A DNA stretch of 64,000 nucleotides, taken from the NCBI GenBank assembly GCA_044892505.1, contig CM097882.1, positions 224,936,001-225,000,000 of the forward strand, given 5' to 3'. Origin of the DNA: Schmidtea nova. Taxonomy: Eukaryota. Below the pieces are notes generated by a model. That model had not been told where the DNA came from. It did no database searches and saw only the letters and a program-made list of their open reading frames with translations. The position numbers and the translations under genes are program-made. Positions 24,371 through 38,649 of this stretch are shown in pieces (position 1 is the stretch's first letter; each line of letters begins with the position of its first letter).

Positions 24371-25479
24371 TAGTTCTCATTGGACCATGTTGAATTTATT
24401 TGAAAAAGGTGCAAAAAAAGTAAATTTATAATCTAAGGCACTACACTAAATTTTTACATAATATATTATTATAAAATAATATTTTATTTTTACAAAAATT
24501 AGATTCGATCATATGCGAATTTTTTGACAATAAAAAATATATAAAATTTCAAAACCTTTCTTTTGGAATTTTGGAATACTAAAATATTTAGATACAATTT
24601 TCAGAAGTTTTTATTAATCATGTTTGTTACTTAAAGTGAAGTTCAATTGAAAAATATCAAATATGATCTGAAAGTAAAATACAATATAGACATTTCTATT
24701 ACTCATTGAGTTGTTATTTAAAAGCTTTTAATACATTCGACTTCTTTGCGATTTATATCATAGCGAGATAAAGACAACGTTCATTGAGCGAAGGCGATTT
24801 ACGAGATAAATGCATATTTTTGATTTATTTTTATTATGTCCGAATTTTTATGTAGTTATAAGAGTTATATAATGTAATATAAATAAATATAAATACAATA
24901 CTATAAATAAAATATTCATTTGCGTCTTTGAATACGGTATCGCATTTCAAAAAAATGTAGTAGGATTCTAGAGGTTAATTATTTTGAACAGACCTTGCAC
25001 TTGGCCAAGCCACTACTTCTCATATAGCCAGGTATGAGATGAAGCGTTATTGGATGTTTGCGCTCACTTCGATGAAAATATGGAATAGAACACTGAAAGG
25101 ACTCCAGCGAACTGATGATTCACCAAAGCAACTAATGATGGTACAATGACTAGTACAATTATCAGACGCATGGAAATAGTTCTAATGAGAAAAAATATAG
25201 ACATAAATATAAATAAATAAATAAATAACAATACAATGATGTTAATTTGTGAGAAAAAGTGATCAAAGTAAAAATAAAAATTTAAATAGAAATAGAAATA
25301 TTATAATTCTTCAAAAAAATAATAAATACATATTTAACCATATAATAACATATACCAAATAAAATTGAAAATCAATCAAATACCTACGACGGGGTAACGA
25401 AGGCATGATTCGCTAGCCTGCATAATAGAAGAAATTTAAGATAATTACTCGTCTGCTTGGTTCGAACGAGGTTGGGAGT

Positions 25480-25800
25480 CAATTGGATCTTGCCCGTCTA
25501 GAATCACGAGTGCGTATCAAAACTTCTGGATTCTGTAAGTCGGAAACCAATAGATTATTTCTAGAACTTTTCGAGGGTTTCACCTTTATTGGTTTTTTCC
25601 AAATTGATTTTGTAAAAATTTTCAAAAATTTCAAAATTTTCGAGCAAATTCTGATATCTTCCATTTTGATGGCGGTATATATATAGTTGTTTCACACTGT
25701 TATTTTCGTTGATGCATTAGAACAAATTGTTCTAGAAAGAATTTTCGATTCTTTCAAAATTAATTTTAATAATTTTAAGCAAAATTGAATTATCATTTTT
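25480..25800 (-). repeat. Dispersed repeat with promoter-like core, also at 56490-56860 (+)
   Basis: Shared TATATATACCGCCATCAAAATGG..AGA.ATCAGAATTTGC and CTAGAACAATTTGTT. Confidence 0.7.
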
Positions 25801-27082
25801 GCATAAAATTTTAATCAATACAAAAAATTAAATTGAATAATAATAAAATAGCTAACAAGACATTGACAATTCATCAGTACACAGCGAAGCCTGAAATGAA
25901 TGAGCAAATGAATTAAAATGAACAATAACAATAAAAACTTACTCTTGCAGAACGCAAAGAAAAAATAGGACAATGAGTAAGCTACTTAAAACTGACAGTG
26001 AGTGGGCGGACCACTCGGACAATACACAATCTAGAATACAATGATTAAATAAAATAATGTAATGCATCAATAAACAATGAACTCACTGAGTTAACAGCAG
26101 AATGACAGACATTAAAAATGAAATAGCCGACAAAACAACATACAAACTAAATCCTGATTGGCTGACACAAACTGAAAACTGCTATATAAGCAGTAGCCAA
26201 ACTCAGAAAGTTAATGTCATTTTTCACCAAGTGTGTCACACTACTAGTATCGGAAAATCTCTGTAATAGTAATTGAATTGGAAATAAAAGGTATGAAGTA
26301 TTTCATTGTGTCTTATTTGTAAACCCTCATGATCATAAAATGCATAAGGTATCCCGAAGGTCGTCAGATCTGACGGGATTCTGGGCCTCTCAGTTCAGCG
26401 CATTTTCATGTGTTGACTGATGCGGTGAGCGGATTAAATTAACTATCGGGGGAAGGGTGCATATGGAGGCCTGTATTGAATAACATTGGTGCTGGGGAAA
26501 CAGTCGGTGAAAGGAAACATAGATACCGTAACATCACTAAATAAACAACCAAACATTAGTGAGATAATCGAACCAGGGCGATGAGACACGAAAACCTGGT
26601 AAAGGCCAACTAAGTGTCACAGCAAATGAGATCTGTACACCCATGAGAATACAGCATGAAATTTTATGAATCCGACTCCCAGAGTGATGTAGTTACGAGA
26701 AGTAGACAATCGAGAGTAAACAAATAACATCCAAATAAAACGAATGTGATCAGACATACGATCAACATAGTGGTAGCTGACACTAATCAATGAGCGAGAC
26801 TACGTGTAGATCAGTCTAGTACAATATACATACGATCTTTTGGCTATGGTAGATCTAAACATCGTAGGTTACGTAGGCCATTTATATCGTAAATAGTGAC
26901 AAATAAATTAAATAATCAGTTACAAAAACCGAGCAATCACCATTTCATCAAAGGTAAATTTAAAACTAAAGTGTTGATGGATTGATGAAGGTATGAATGA
27001 GCTTGAGTAATACAGGAAATGACTGATCAGTGTGATGATGATTTAACCAACTTTGCATTCTTATCTCTCTATCTCTCAGAAT

Positions 27083-27652
27083 ATGTCCCCGAAAATATCA
27101 CGACGCTACCGTCGTCTGACGAGGAAACCAACGATCATAACCAGCGGTTCAAATTCTGAAGTTCCGATGCGAATCAAAGCGATATCAGAAAGATACATGA
27201 GAGTATGGAGACGGGGCCATCAGGACCTCACTAGTATGACAAAGATCGCTCAATATAATCTTACGATAAGATGGGAGGGCGACCCATCATGGCCGCTATC
27301 AGAATCAAACCAGGTGCGGAATAACCCCAAATGGTTCGTACAATTTGAAGACAACAATGCAACGCCCAGATGGCTCTTAACATTCATGACCATCTCAGGG
27401 AGAGAGCTACAACAGATGGGATACATTCTCTTGGAACGCCCCAGGTGTATCCTTACAGGAGAGCTACGACCGTATTCTAACTCACCGGGGAATATGGATA
27501 TGGACCAGGACAAATGGATGCCAGAAACCAAATTATGGGAGATATTCATATACAACAATCGACTATGCTAAATCCCGTGCCCTGAGTATTTCGAGTCTGG
27601 TAAAACACGAAAACCGAACAGAGAATGTGACCAGGAATGGGTCGAATTTTGA
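27083..27652 (+). pseudogene. Novel ORF1, copy B (TAA at 27569 replaces Trp)
   Basis: ATG after a pyrimidine tract ...CTCTCAG; reading continues IPCPEYFESG...CDQEWVEF* and matches copy A. Confidence 0.8.
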
Positions 27653-27892
27653 AAATGAGTATACAAAACTCAATATCTTGTTATCGTGTCGGTAGAAAAA
27701 TAAATAAATGTGTTACTGAGAGTTTTTTGAGTATTGAACGATGAAAAATGTATGGGTGTTTGAATGAATGAGTAAGACATAAAAGTAAAATATCTGTATG
27801 GTCGAAAAGGGGGTAGAAATTTTGTCAGGAATACACGAGGAGGGGTTGCAGATTGTGACTAAAGCATGACCTAATAAGCGCTATAATTTTAG

Positions 27893-28444
27893 ATGGACGA
27901 GAATACAGATGACCACCGTGAAAATCGTCTATTGAGGAAACGCATAAAAGTCTTAGAGAGCTATATGAAGCGACAGGAGTCCGAGATAAACCTACTGAAA
28001 ACAACCTGGTTTCATCCCGAGCGGGTCAAAGAGATCCAACAACATCGATACCGGGCAGAGAGAGCTCTAGAAGACCAGACCAGAGAAACCGCCACGGTCA
28101 AATTAAAGTTAAACAATTACCTTCGAGCATCTACTAGAGAATTCGTAGAACAACAATTGAAGCCCCTGATACGTGTTAGTACGTTCAACCGATGGGTAGC
28201 GTCAGCTTGTACCAACAGTGAAACCCAAACCGAGGGAAGCTTCACTCCTATCGCGACCATTCCAATTGAAATTACTAAGCCTGAAGGGTCAGCACGAGCG
28301 AAGCGGAGGAATCGCTTAGGCGTGAAACGACGGCGAGAAAGAAGGGCATATGCCGAAAGAATTTGAATTGAGATCGATTTGCTAAGCGGTCTGACGGAGA
28401 AACAACTCCTCAATGTTATCAATCCGGATGTTTTGTTGAATTAA
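27893..28444 (+). pseudogene. Novel ORF2, copy B (TGA at 28364)
   Basis: ATG directly after TTTTAG; TTWFHPE, YRAERALEDQTRE, ETQT, KRRNRLGVKRRRERR, IDLLSGLTEKQLLNVINPDVLL. Confidence 0.8.
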
Positions 28445-28720
28445 ATAAATGTTTTGGTGTTAAAAGTGTTGTCATATGATTGAATGTAGAAAGTATGGAA
28501 AATTCGGTGAATGATGGAATAAATAGGTATATACAATTCATTTTGAAAAGGTATCGAGGAAAAATGTTAAGTAAACGAAACCCTAGGCGTAATAAAAATT
28601 TGTGATGATAAATTGGGACCGGAATAAAACCACACAGACCTTCTATCGGTAGTGGTGGACCCGTGGATAAATGAGGGAATAGTAGCCACAAGGTTGCTCA
28701 CCTGCCTTATCATTCTACAA

Positions 28721-28811
28721 CGTTGATACAGTACCAACATGATGAGTAATTAGGGACAGATCATGGGTATCAACGGGGAAAGAGTGTTTATGTTGCCGAG
28801 ATTACCCTAAT
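28721..28811 (+). ncRNA. Conserved structured cis-element, copy B
   Basis: CGTTGATAC/GTATCAACG, bulge AGTACCAA, CATGAT/ATCATG, loop ATTAGGG with CCCTAAT downstream. Confidence 0.6.
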
Positions 28812-30779
28812 ATTAACATCAAATAAAATCTCAGTTCAAAGACCATACCAACAAACCAGCAAATTCTTAATACACTACCCTATCAGAGCAAGATTAACAC
28901 AAGTGTACCTGTGTGAGCTTGTCTTTTTGGACTTTGGGAAGGTCGTTTTGTGAGCGATGAAATGGCGGTGAGCGACTTATCTGATCAACTGAGAAACCCT
29001 GTGTTGAATGGTTCCTACCGAGTTGAATTCAAGTGCAACACTACGAAACCATCGGGAAGGTCTAAACTCATTGATAGTTAAAAAAATGTTCCATGAAAAG
29101 TGTCGCTGCGCTATCTTTTTAGATTTTTTCTTGAAACGAAACAATCGGTCCGCCCTAAATTTCATCCTACATAAAGTTTCTCAGGGATTGGAATAGTTAA
29201 AAAATTGTGTTAGAACAAGTGATTTAACTCTGATACCTGAGAAAACCTTAAATTCAAAGCAGGCAATGACAAAATTAATTTTCTATCACTCTTAACACTA
29301 ACAGAATATAAATCTATACATTATATCATTTAATTGACAACACGAATCATCTGAGTCTCCTTAGCACTAAATAGAAGATGCATCCTGAAAGTCAGAGAAT
29401 ATCCAGGATATCACCATTGATTGAGTGAACTGTTAACATTATCCAATATTTTTCAAAAGAAGTCAAATAAATAATATTTTGTCACAAGTGACAATTTAAT
29501 TGCGATGACAGTGACTTATGAGCAGTACTCTCTAACAATGTTCTGTCATACTACCGCCATAGCTGACCAAAAACATTAGCAAAATTAGTAGTTGTGAATG
29601 ACGAAAGCCGCCTATAACGACCTTAAGATGTGTCACTGATCACATGAATGGGTCGAAGAGACGGTAAACAGGAACATAGGAATTACGGTGACTCACTTTT
29701 GTGGAAGCAGCATCACAACCGTCGGGAAGAAACTTTTTACAACTTATGTCTTACGTCGATACTGATATATTCCCAGGCGAGTCACCAACTAGTGAACTGA
29801 CAAAGAGCAAGTTACCAAGCAAACATTAAAGAAAAGTCAGAAAAGTGTAATAACGAAGGAGGCAGCTTAAAAATAATGCGCGTGTAATTAGACAATTGAA
29901 GCTCTAAAATAGTATCTAGTTTTAGTAATTCTATAAATATATTATTCCTCGTGCGTAAGAGTTGTAGTTTTTGTGTGCACTTAAGAAAATGTAGAACAAA
30001 AACTCCTAATGAATGAATTCTTTGACCGGGTACGTAGAGAAAAACTAAATTCAATTATAGCAAAGGAGATTTGGATTTTAGAATATTAATTTTTCATATT
30101 TTGTAAAGCATATTATATGTTGATTTTGATAAATTGAAATTAAAGTAAGATTAAAAGTTAGTTTAGTCATGTGACTTTTTATAAGATTCGATATTAGCAA
30201 TTTTGTTGAGAGAAATAGATTCAGTATGAACAGCAGTTGATAAATCGAATTGATAAACCAAATTCGGATGAATAATTTATATTTTTGATAGAATTCAAAT
30301 AACCATTTACAAAATCTTCTTATTTAAAAAAACCCAATGACAATTAACAAAACTGGATTATTAAAACAATCCAATAAAAAAGTAAAAATAAATGATATTT
30401 TTTTATATAAAGTAAATTTCTTAAACACAATTTTAATTAATTATTTTCTTTTAAATAATCAAAATTCTTTTTTTTCGTTTTATTTTGATATGATAGCAAC
30501 ACCCAAATCATGTTTTTGAGAAATATGAGAAAATTAGGGAAAGGAAACCGAGCAGACATTTATAGATATATTGCGGACAATATTACTGAATTCTCAATAT
30601 TTGTATATTAAATGCGTATTGAGAATAGATGAGCACATAGTTTTCAGTTGATAAATGATGTTGGACGACTATTAACATATTGGTTCATCGTCTTTGCATC
30701 CTGATCTCCTATCAGACACTCCGACATCCCCGCCAGACAAAATTAAACTCCAACCACGGTAAAAATGTCAAGGTAAAGG

Positions 30780-30995
30780 AACATAGAAAGATAAGAGTAC
30801 CAAAATCTTCTATCGGTGGTACCTGAGCTAAAATAAATTATTTGGGCATTAACAGTCGCGGAGATGCAGCTCCAACGTTGCTTAGCAACAGGTGCAAAGA
30901 GAAGGGAGTTTAATTTTATGTTTCTTCTAAGTGGTCGAGTGAGTTGCTAAAGGATTATATAGATCATTTAATAAACCACCTAAAAGGCTCCAACA
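30780..30995 (+). mobile_element. 3' end of another LTR (E)
   Basis: TTCTATCGG motif, stem-bulge-stem at 30865-30896, TTTATGTT, ends GGCTCCAACA; similar to 53550-53684. Confidence 0.6.
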
Positions 30996-31111
30996 ATTAT
31001 AAAACTTAAAAACTTTATTTCATTTTTTAGCTTTTGATTTTATTAAAATCAGAAGTTTGGAAAATAATTTTACAAAAACTTTCAAAGTATTTTCAAAAAG
31101 AAAAATTTCAC

Positions 31112-31360
31112 CTTCTTTTGACGAAAAGTTTTCAACCTCTCTCTCGCTGGAATTTTCAGTATTAGTAACAGAACTGATGATGTCTACATTGTTCTGTTCC
31201 AATTGATATTTTCGGAAGCAGCGGCAATTGTCCACCAAAGAAAATGAAACGAGGCACATAACTAACATTGCAAAGAGAAAGAGAAAAAATATCGATATTG
31301 GAAATCTTGGAGGAGGATAAAATTTAGAACTGGTTGAATTATAACTTGTTCCATTAATAA
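31112..31360 (-). CDS. SLC52A: Riboflavin transporter exon 4
   Basis: Acceptor TTTCAG in phase 1 with exon 3; FYPPPRFPISIFFLFLFAMLVMCLVSF matches the SLC52 'F...FF.LL..MM...LVAF' helix; donor AAG|GTGAAA is tentative. Confidence 0.8.
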
Positions 31361-32512
31361 CTGAAATTATAATTGTGAGAATGTAATTAAATAAATATAT
31401 AAATAAAAAATAATTTAAAAAATTAAATAATTAATTGAATGAATGAATGTTGCGGATTGATGTGGTATATAAATTCCTTATGCACACATTACTCTACATT
31501 GAATAAAAATCCTCGTAGAGATTTGTTTGAATATTGCAAACAAATTGTGTTTTTGAATTTAATAAATATTTTGTATTGCTTTCAATGAACGTTATTAATA
31601 CAAAAAGTATTGTATCTAACAATAATAATATATATTAATCAAATAGTTGAAAAATTTTCATTAAATAAAATTGAGCCATTTTTTGAAAGTTGGGCGAATC
31701 TATCTTTGTTGTAACAAAGTATTTAAAGTTTTACGTTTCAGTAAATATAAAAATATTGATAAACTCTAGCAGCCAACTTTTGTGTATTGCAGTTATTTAT
31801 AATGTAAATTTATTATCTAATACAGTTTATTATAAAGATGTCTGAAAAATAAAATTATTGCTTTACCAAAATAAACTTGTCCCTTTTATTTAAACAAATA
31901 GTTTAATTCTACGTTTAGCTGAATAATAGAATTTATGGATAAAATATAAAACAAACGGTATTTTTAACAAAAATGACTCTATCGTTAAACGATTAATCCG
32001 TGATACAACCGGAATCAGTTCTGAGGGTACAAAAATATTTTCATTAACTGATTAACTTTCTTTATTTAAAAATAATACTTAATAACAATAAATTAAAATA
32101 ATTATATTTTAAAATATTTTATTCTAGTGCCTCCGTCATATATATATATATATGTGTGTGTGTGTATTTATATGATAATTAAATGAATATATTATATTAT
32201 ATATTATATCATAAATTAAATTAAATTAAATATAAGTTATTTACAAATTAAAGACAGTTGTTTAAAAAAGTAAAAGCACTTGCAGAAATTCGAATTACAA
32301 AAATTACGCACATTTACAAGATGGATACAAATAAATAAATGAAATCTCCTACTGCAGAAACACAACGCAAGCTCAGAAGTTTTGGAAAATTATTTAAAGA
32401 GAAGAAACAATTTTATTCGAAAAAAAAATATTTCGATCGCGTTTTATTTGTATTTTATCTTTTACCTGATTAAGGCAAACGCTGAACGGGGTACTAAAAA
32501 CCTGAGCCCCAC

Positions 32513-32697
32513 ATCAATAATTTCCATAATGGTAAGACTAGATCAAAATTTTTTTTAACAAGTACTCAATATTTCGGCACAGCCTTTATCAAATGTATAT
32601 TTCATCAAAAATACACACTTGATAATGGTTGTGCCGAAATATTGTGTACTTGTTAAAAAATTTTTGATCTAGTCTTACCATTATGGAAATTATTGAT
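32513..32697. repeat. Fold-back repeat family, copy 2
   Basis: ~75-bp inverted arms; same right flank as copy 1. Confidence 0.9.
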
Positions 32698-33149
32698 ATA
32701 AATAAAAAGAGATCAAAGGTGAAACAAAAAGATAATTATGATAAAAAAATTTAATTTTGAAAAATTATTTTCTGTATCTATCAAAATTTCAGCCATCGAT
32801 ATATATATATTATGATAAATAAATAGAGCAATGAGAGTCCAGAATATTTATTGACATTATATTACAAAGATTTGCTTTTAAAAATCGAGTTACCGAAATA
32901 TTCCTATTTATATACTATTATACAATCATTTTATTAATTAATTTTATTATTTTAATTTTATAATTACAGTTATTAATATTTTATTTAAATAAAATATACA
33001 GATCAAAATAAATTTTAATTGGCAATGTCATATATCATATCTTAGAACTGACCATTTTCTTTGAGTAGAAGTACCATATTTTATACTTGTCATACATTTT
33101 TAATGTTTGAATATAAATTTTCTTTATTTATAATATTTAAAAGATTACA

Positions 33150-34800
33150 TTTTCATAAGTTTATTATTAAAACAAAAACAAATTATTACTAATAATAATA
33201 ACACGATTTGCTCCCTCAGATAAATAATTTTATTCCCCGAAGTCATGGTCAATTGATCAAGCTGGAAGTCGCCGCTGTCGTCGGTAATTCCTTCTACCAT
33301 ATGGTGGTTCTGAATTTTCTTGTTGATCATCATTTGCTTTTTCAGTTTCAATATTCAAAGTTCTCTGAGAATTGGTTTCATTCTGGATATCTTGTGTGCC
33401 CGGGTCCTCTTTCAATTAGTCTAGATGAGCAAGTCATATTTCCATGAATGTCTGATACTTTCAATGTTAGCTTTTAGTTTTCTTTTACATTCCCTACAAT
33501 TTCTAACGAATGAATCTACATATTCATCTATTCCAGACACCATACGTTGCGTTTCAATAATGACTTGGTGATTGACATACCAAAATGTCAACTGTGAGCA
33601 GTTGATATTGTTTTTCCCTAAGAGCCACTGGGATAATAGGTCTTGTTCCAAGGATAATAACCTGATTTTTAAAAGAAAGCGCAGCTTGATTTTTTATATT
33701 ATGTTTCTGCTGGACTACAATTATGTCAATGTTCTCTTTGTATACGCCGACAAATGCCTCTCATGAATTTATCCGCTAATGTTTCTTGAACCAGATATTT
33801 CAAACTAACACGACACTCGTCACTCCAATAGATTCCCTGACTGTTATCTTTATCCTGATCCATGAAATGTGATTTTGGATTTTCATGTGTCAATCGACTA
33901 ATCTCATCTACGGGAGGAATACCTTGACCCTTTACTTAGTGTATTTCATTATCAAATCCAATCATCGTAATTGCCGAACTCTGGATTCTTGCACTGGTGT
34001 GTTTTGGCAAAGCTGCATTCTGATCCAAAATGAATTGCAAAGCTTTATGATCAGTGCATAACGTAAAATGCCTTCCTATGAAAACCTTTTCCACTCTTTT
34101 GATAGCCCAAACAATCACCAGCGCTCCCCGCTCTATGACTTCATAATCTCGTTTATTACTTGTTAGAGTTCTTGATAAATACATTTGGATAAACTTTTTT
34201 TGACAGTATAGCTCCAATTGCATTTTCAGATGCATCACATTCCAATGTTATTGCTTTTTCTAGCAAATATGGTTTTACTATGCAATCATTTCAAAATATT
34301 TCTTTAAGTTTGCCAAAAAGCCTCTTTTTGTTCGTGATCCTACGTAAAAAGAATTCCTTTTTTTCTAAGATGATTGATTGGTGCACAAATTTCGGCAAAT
34401 CCCTTGATTTTCTAATGATTTGCTCCTTTCAATTTTGAATATATAGAATCGTTTTTGAGAAAAAGATCTTAAACGGCAACTGATTTTCTGACGCATACCA
34501 GAGAAAACGCTTATTCAGTGCCACCGCCTGGAACTTCTTAGATTAGACTCGTCTCAATCATTTTCTGTAATTTGGCATTCACTTGTTCTTGTAGCGGGAT
34601 TGGAACTTCTCTAGCACTACTGAAAAATGGTTTGACACCTGTTACTAATGACAATGATGCCGTTGAATTTCGTATACAACTTAATTTAGCCGAAAACATC
34701 CCTCCCAAGTAAACCAAATGATTTTTCGGATTCTACACCCCAAACTTGCTGAACTTCATGGCAATTTTCATATTTGATAAGCAAGAGAATTCCAATGATT
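33150..34800 (-). pseudogene. Decayed, internally deleted Ty3/Gypsy pol
   Basis: LECDASENAIG, SRTLT...YEVIERGALVIVWAIK..FIGRHFTLCTDHKAL, GIDEYVDSFVRNCREC. Confidence 0.88.
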
Positions 34801-37800
34801 TTTAGAACTGTCCCATCATACCTCTTTAAAGCGTTGACAAAAAATACAACTTTAGAAGTCCATTAAATAATAAATATTTTTGAAATATATTTTTTCAAAT
34901 AGAAATATTGAAAACAATACAGATGGAATTAACTAAATATCTTTTTTATTATTATAGAAAAATACTTCCTGGTTTGTCTCATCTTACTGATATTCCTTTA
35001 CTCGTATAAATTTCAATTTACAATGGTCAGATTTATTAATAAAAACTCACTGTAAAACATTTTATATTAAAATATTAATAAAGTATTTGATAATATAATT
35101 AAAATCTTTAATCTTCTCCATTATTGATCCTTTTATTGTTTTATTTATTTTCAATTTTTGAGAAATTAAATCAAAAATGTTTTTCTCCTATTCAACACAA
35201 ATTTCTGGCATTGATTTTTTAAAAGTATGGAAATAACACTAAAAAATCAGTGACGAATTCGGTAAATAGGGAAAAAATATTTGACAAATCTGAAAAAATG
35301 AATCAATATTTGACATAAATTTTAATTTTCTAGTTTTATTATTTTTAAAATTCTGTTTTCTATCTTATAGTAATATTTGTCCATTCTTCATTCGTAACTA
35401 AAAGCTAAATATTTGCAAAAAATATACGTTAATTATAATTTAATATCGACTCATGTGTTATCATGACTTTGCATTCTTAAAATTACTAAAACTTGTCAAA
35501 ACGTATTTACATGATGTTGATAAAGTCGCACTTTGCAATGAACAATGTGAATAAGAATTTATGAAATTATGAAGTATAAGTTTTATAATAAAATGAGTTG
35601 TTATTCTTTTATTATCAGTTCATTTTATTAAAGTTATGTAACACTTTTAAAAAATCAATAATTATTTTACTATACACTATTGTTGGTCATAATAAATTTA
35701 GTCGGTAATAACCTTTGACTCCTCGTGGTCCTTGTCCCAAAAAAAGATAAAACCCAACACAATAATTAATTGCAATTCAAAACAATTTTTCAATCGTCAT
35801 TAACGTCTTTTAAATTAGATATGTACTTTGCAACTAACAACAACACGGTAGGTAAATCTATGGGAGACTGCCAGATTATACTCTAAATTTCTTTAACTTT
35901 TAATTAACTTCTTTTCACTTCGGTTTTTGTTCACTGCTTTTCCTGATTTTTTTTTGACTAGCTGGAATTTTTGAGAAATTGTCTCTAATTTTAAAGGGTT
36001 TCCTTTCTCAAGTATTTGCAGTCTAATCATCAAAAACAATTAAAGAAACAATTAAATTAAATGGGCTAAAGAACAGGAATTCTCTCTCAGCTAAAATTCG
36101 TAAATTAGATAGGTGGAATCTCACCTGAAGAACAGGGACTCTATCCTAAAACAAAATAATTAACTTAGACAGGTGACCTTTCATCTGTAATACTCCACTA
36201 ACCCCAATTAAGCTAATTTGTTTTCCAAAGGAAAACTCAACAACTTATTTAATTATCATGTTTTTGTCATAAAAGGCGACAGCTCGGGTATTCGACTACC
36301 TAATTAAATTTATATTGTTTATGTTTAATTATTTACTAAAGAGGTTTGTATTTTCCGAAAAACTTTTTTGAGGACCCTCCCCATTGATTTTTATTATATT
36401 CTTATTTGTCTCATCATTTGAAATCTGCACATATCTGTTTCCCCTGAAAAATGTTAATTTTTTATTGGTTTTGTAAATTCCAACAAATCTCACCCTCTTA
36501 TTTATCTACACACAATGCTGTGTATTTATTTATCCTTAAAAGTCTTTATTTTTACTATTAATCTTTTCGTTTCTTTTCAAGAAATTTAATTAATTAATTA
36601 ATTAAAATTTTGCTTCTGACATTAATCAGTTCATATGGAAAAGAAAATCACTGAGCTTGTCGTCACTATGGCGACTTATTTAAAGATTTATGGTACGATT
36701 GTTGATCTGGATAACAGAATCCAAACAAATCCTGCGAACACATAGTATAAAAGCTAAGAAAAAATTACCAGTTGCAGTCAACAAGAAGAATATGTTTCAG
36801 TCTGTAATTATCGAGATTTCAAAATTAAAGATTACAAAAGTGTTTAAAACATCATTTGTCTAGAAATGAAAATTTACCTTTGCTAAAATTAGCCAAAATT
36901 TATTCGGTAAAAAAATATTTTTGAAATTTGTAAGTAACATTTTTTAGAATTTATGTATTTATGGTGGAGCAAGAAAAAAGTTTTAATTCCAACGAAATAA
37001 TTGAATAAAAATACAATTTGTCAATTATTATTTTCCTTTTAAACATAAAATATTATTGGGCAATCAAAAAATAATATGAACTAACAAAACTGAATAAACA
37101 AAAATTGTAAATAATCGATCAAAGGTAAAGAATATAAAATATGTTAATGAAAAAAAATCTAAAATATAATTAAATAAGATTATCTGTAGCAGTAGATATA
37201 TAAAAAAGTATAAAAAGTATGATCCATCATCCAGGATACTAGTTATTAAATGGCAGACTTATTTTTGAAAAAGAAACAAAATATTTACAATCAAAGTATT
37301 CTGTTCGATAAATTGGCAGAAACGACAAACATAAAATATACTACAAAAGCTGTATCGAAAAAAAAATAAAAAGTTGCTGCACATTATTTAAAATATACAA
37401 ATAACGAAACAAATATTTAGATGTCACAAAAAAGACGACTACAAACCGAAATATATTTATAGTACTGCAAACTTCACATAAATACGTAGACAATGATTGG
37501 ACAAAGGGCACAAAATAATTTCAATTTAAAATGACCTCATGTATGTATTATAAGGCTATGGCGGTCGCGTTGCAGGACACAGGTATGCTTGTGTTTTGAT
37601 AACAGCATAATAATAATATGAATTTTGGCTATTTAATTTAGCAAGAATATCAAATGCCTCAAAATAAATCATTTCAATGTCGCTTTAATAATTCATAATT
37701 ATTAGAGATTATTTTATTAATATCTTTTTGATTTTCCATTATTATAAATGATCTTCGACTTTTGTAGACAAATGATGATTACCAAGGACAACGTCTGAGT

Positions 37801-38159
37801 AATCCAATTTGAAGACCTTTTATACGGAGTGTTTAAATAATAAATTGATTTTTGATTAGAATTCTTATTGCAAAATTCACTGTAATTGATTTCACAAAAA
37901 CACCTGTTAATATAAATATGACCAAATCAATTCCAAACATGCCACCTCCGATTAATTGACAGTCGCAATGATTGGAATTTATTGGTATTTAGTAATATAA
38001 TTAATTAATTAATTTTAAAGGCTTTGTTACTGTTAATCTAAAATTTATATTAAATACTTTAATTAACAATGAATATTATTATTATTATTATTATTATTAT
38101 TAAACTATAAAATAAAATGGAAATTTATTAAAATTAATAAAACACAATTTTTTAATATA

Positions 38160-38207
38160 TTTTGGAATATATTTCGACAGTTCAGCTGTCATCTTCAGGC
38201 TATAAAC
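38160..38207 (-). ncRNA. Minimal hammerhead ribozyme, degenerate stem I
   Basis: CUGAAGA-U-GACAG(cugaa)CUGUC-GAAA-UAUA-UU in the PLE sense orientation. Confidence 0.6.
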
Positions 38208-38645
38208 AAATTCAATAAAATAAAAATTGATCTTATTTATACGCTTATTAGTGATTACATAATCACATGTGCACAATCCAATAAACTTTTATTAACCCTA
38301 GTAAAATTAATAAAAAAAACTCACAAAATCCATATAGATATTGTAAGTAGATAATGCATTTTGTATGTGTATTTTAGGACCTAAAGATTTTATCATCAAA
38401 GCCTCACAATTCACACGTTCATAATTATTTTTAAAACCCCTAGACAATATTTTGAAATTGGTATTATCTGTAATGCACTTAAACTCATGTACAGAGACGA
38501 TGGGCAGTCTCTCCAAAGTATATGGCATTACATCCATTACAAGTAAAACGATATACGAGATCAGAACATAGACCAAATGGCGTCACAGATTTATTACTGG
38601 AGAGTTCCCGAACTTTACAAGACTTAGAAAAGGTAAAAATAGGCA
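38160..38645 (-). mobile_element. Penelope-like element 3' fragment (GIY-YIG endonuclease and pseudo-LTR)
   Basis: LVYRFTCNGCNAIYFGET; SVHEFKC..NFKILSRG..NYERVNCEALMIK..P; second pLTR copy at about 43390-43560. Confidence 0.88.
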
Positions 38646-38649
38646 CACG

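Larger units (their letters stand above)
25800..28861 (+). mobile_element. Giant LTR-like unit B (5' end lost) carrying ORF1 and ORF2
   Basis: Colinear with unit A from about 25810; ends CATACCAACAAACCAGCA exactly where homology to A stops. Confidence 0.72.

Noticed and set aside
24960-25190. Hydrophobic minus-strand frame as the next SLC52 exon
   Set aside because: Lacks SLC52 motifs and ends in a stop
31020-31268. 82-aa ORF resembling an antimicrobial or neuropeptide precursor
   Set aside because: The frame extends upstream to a splice acceptor and is SLC52 exon 4; the basic tail is probably intron read-through
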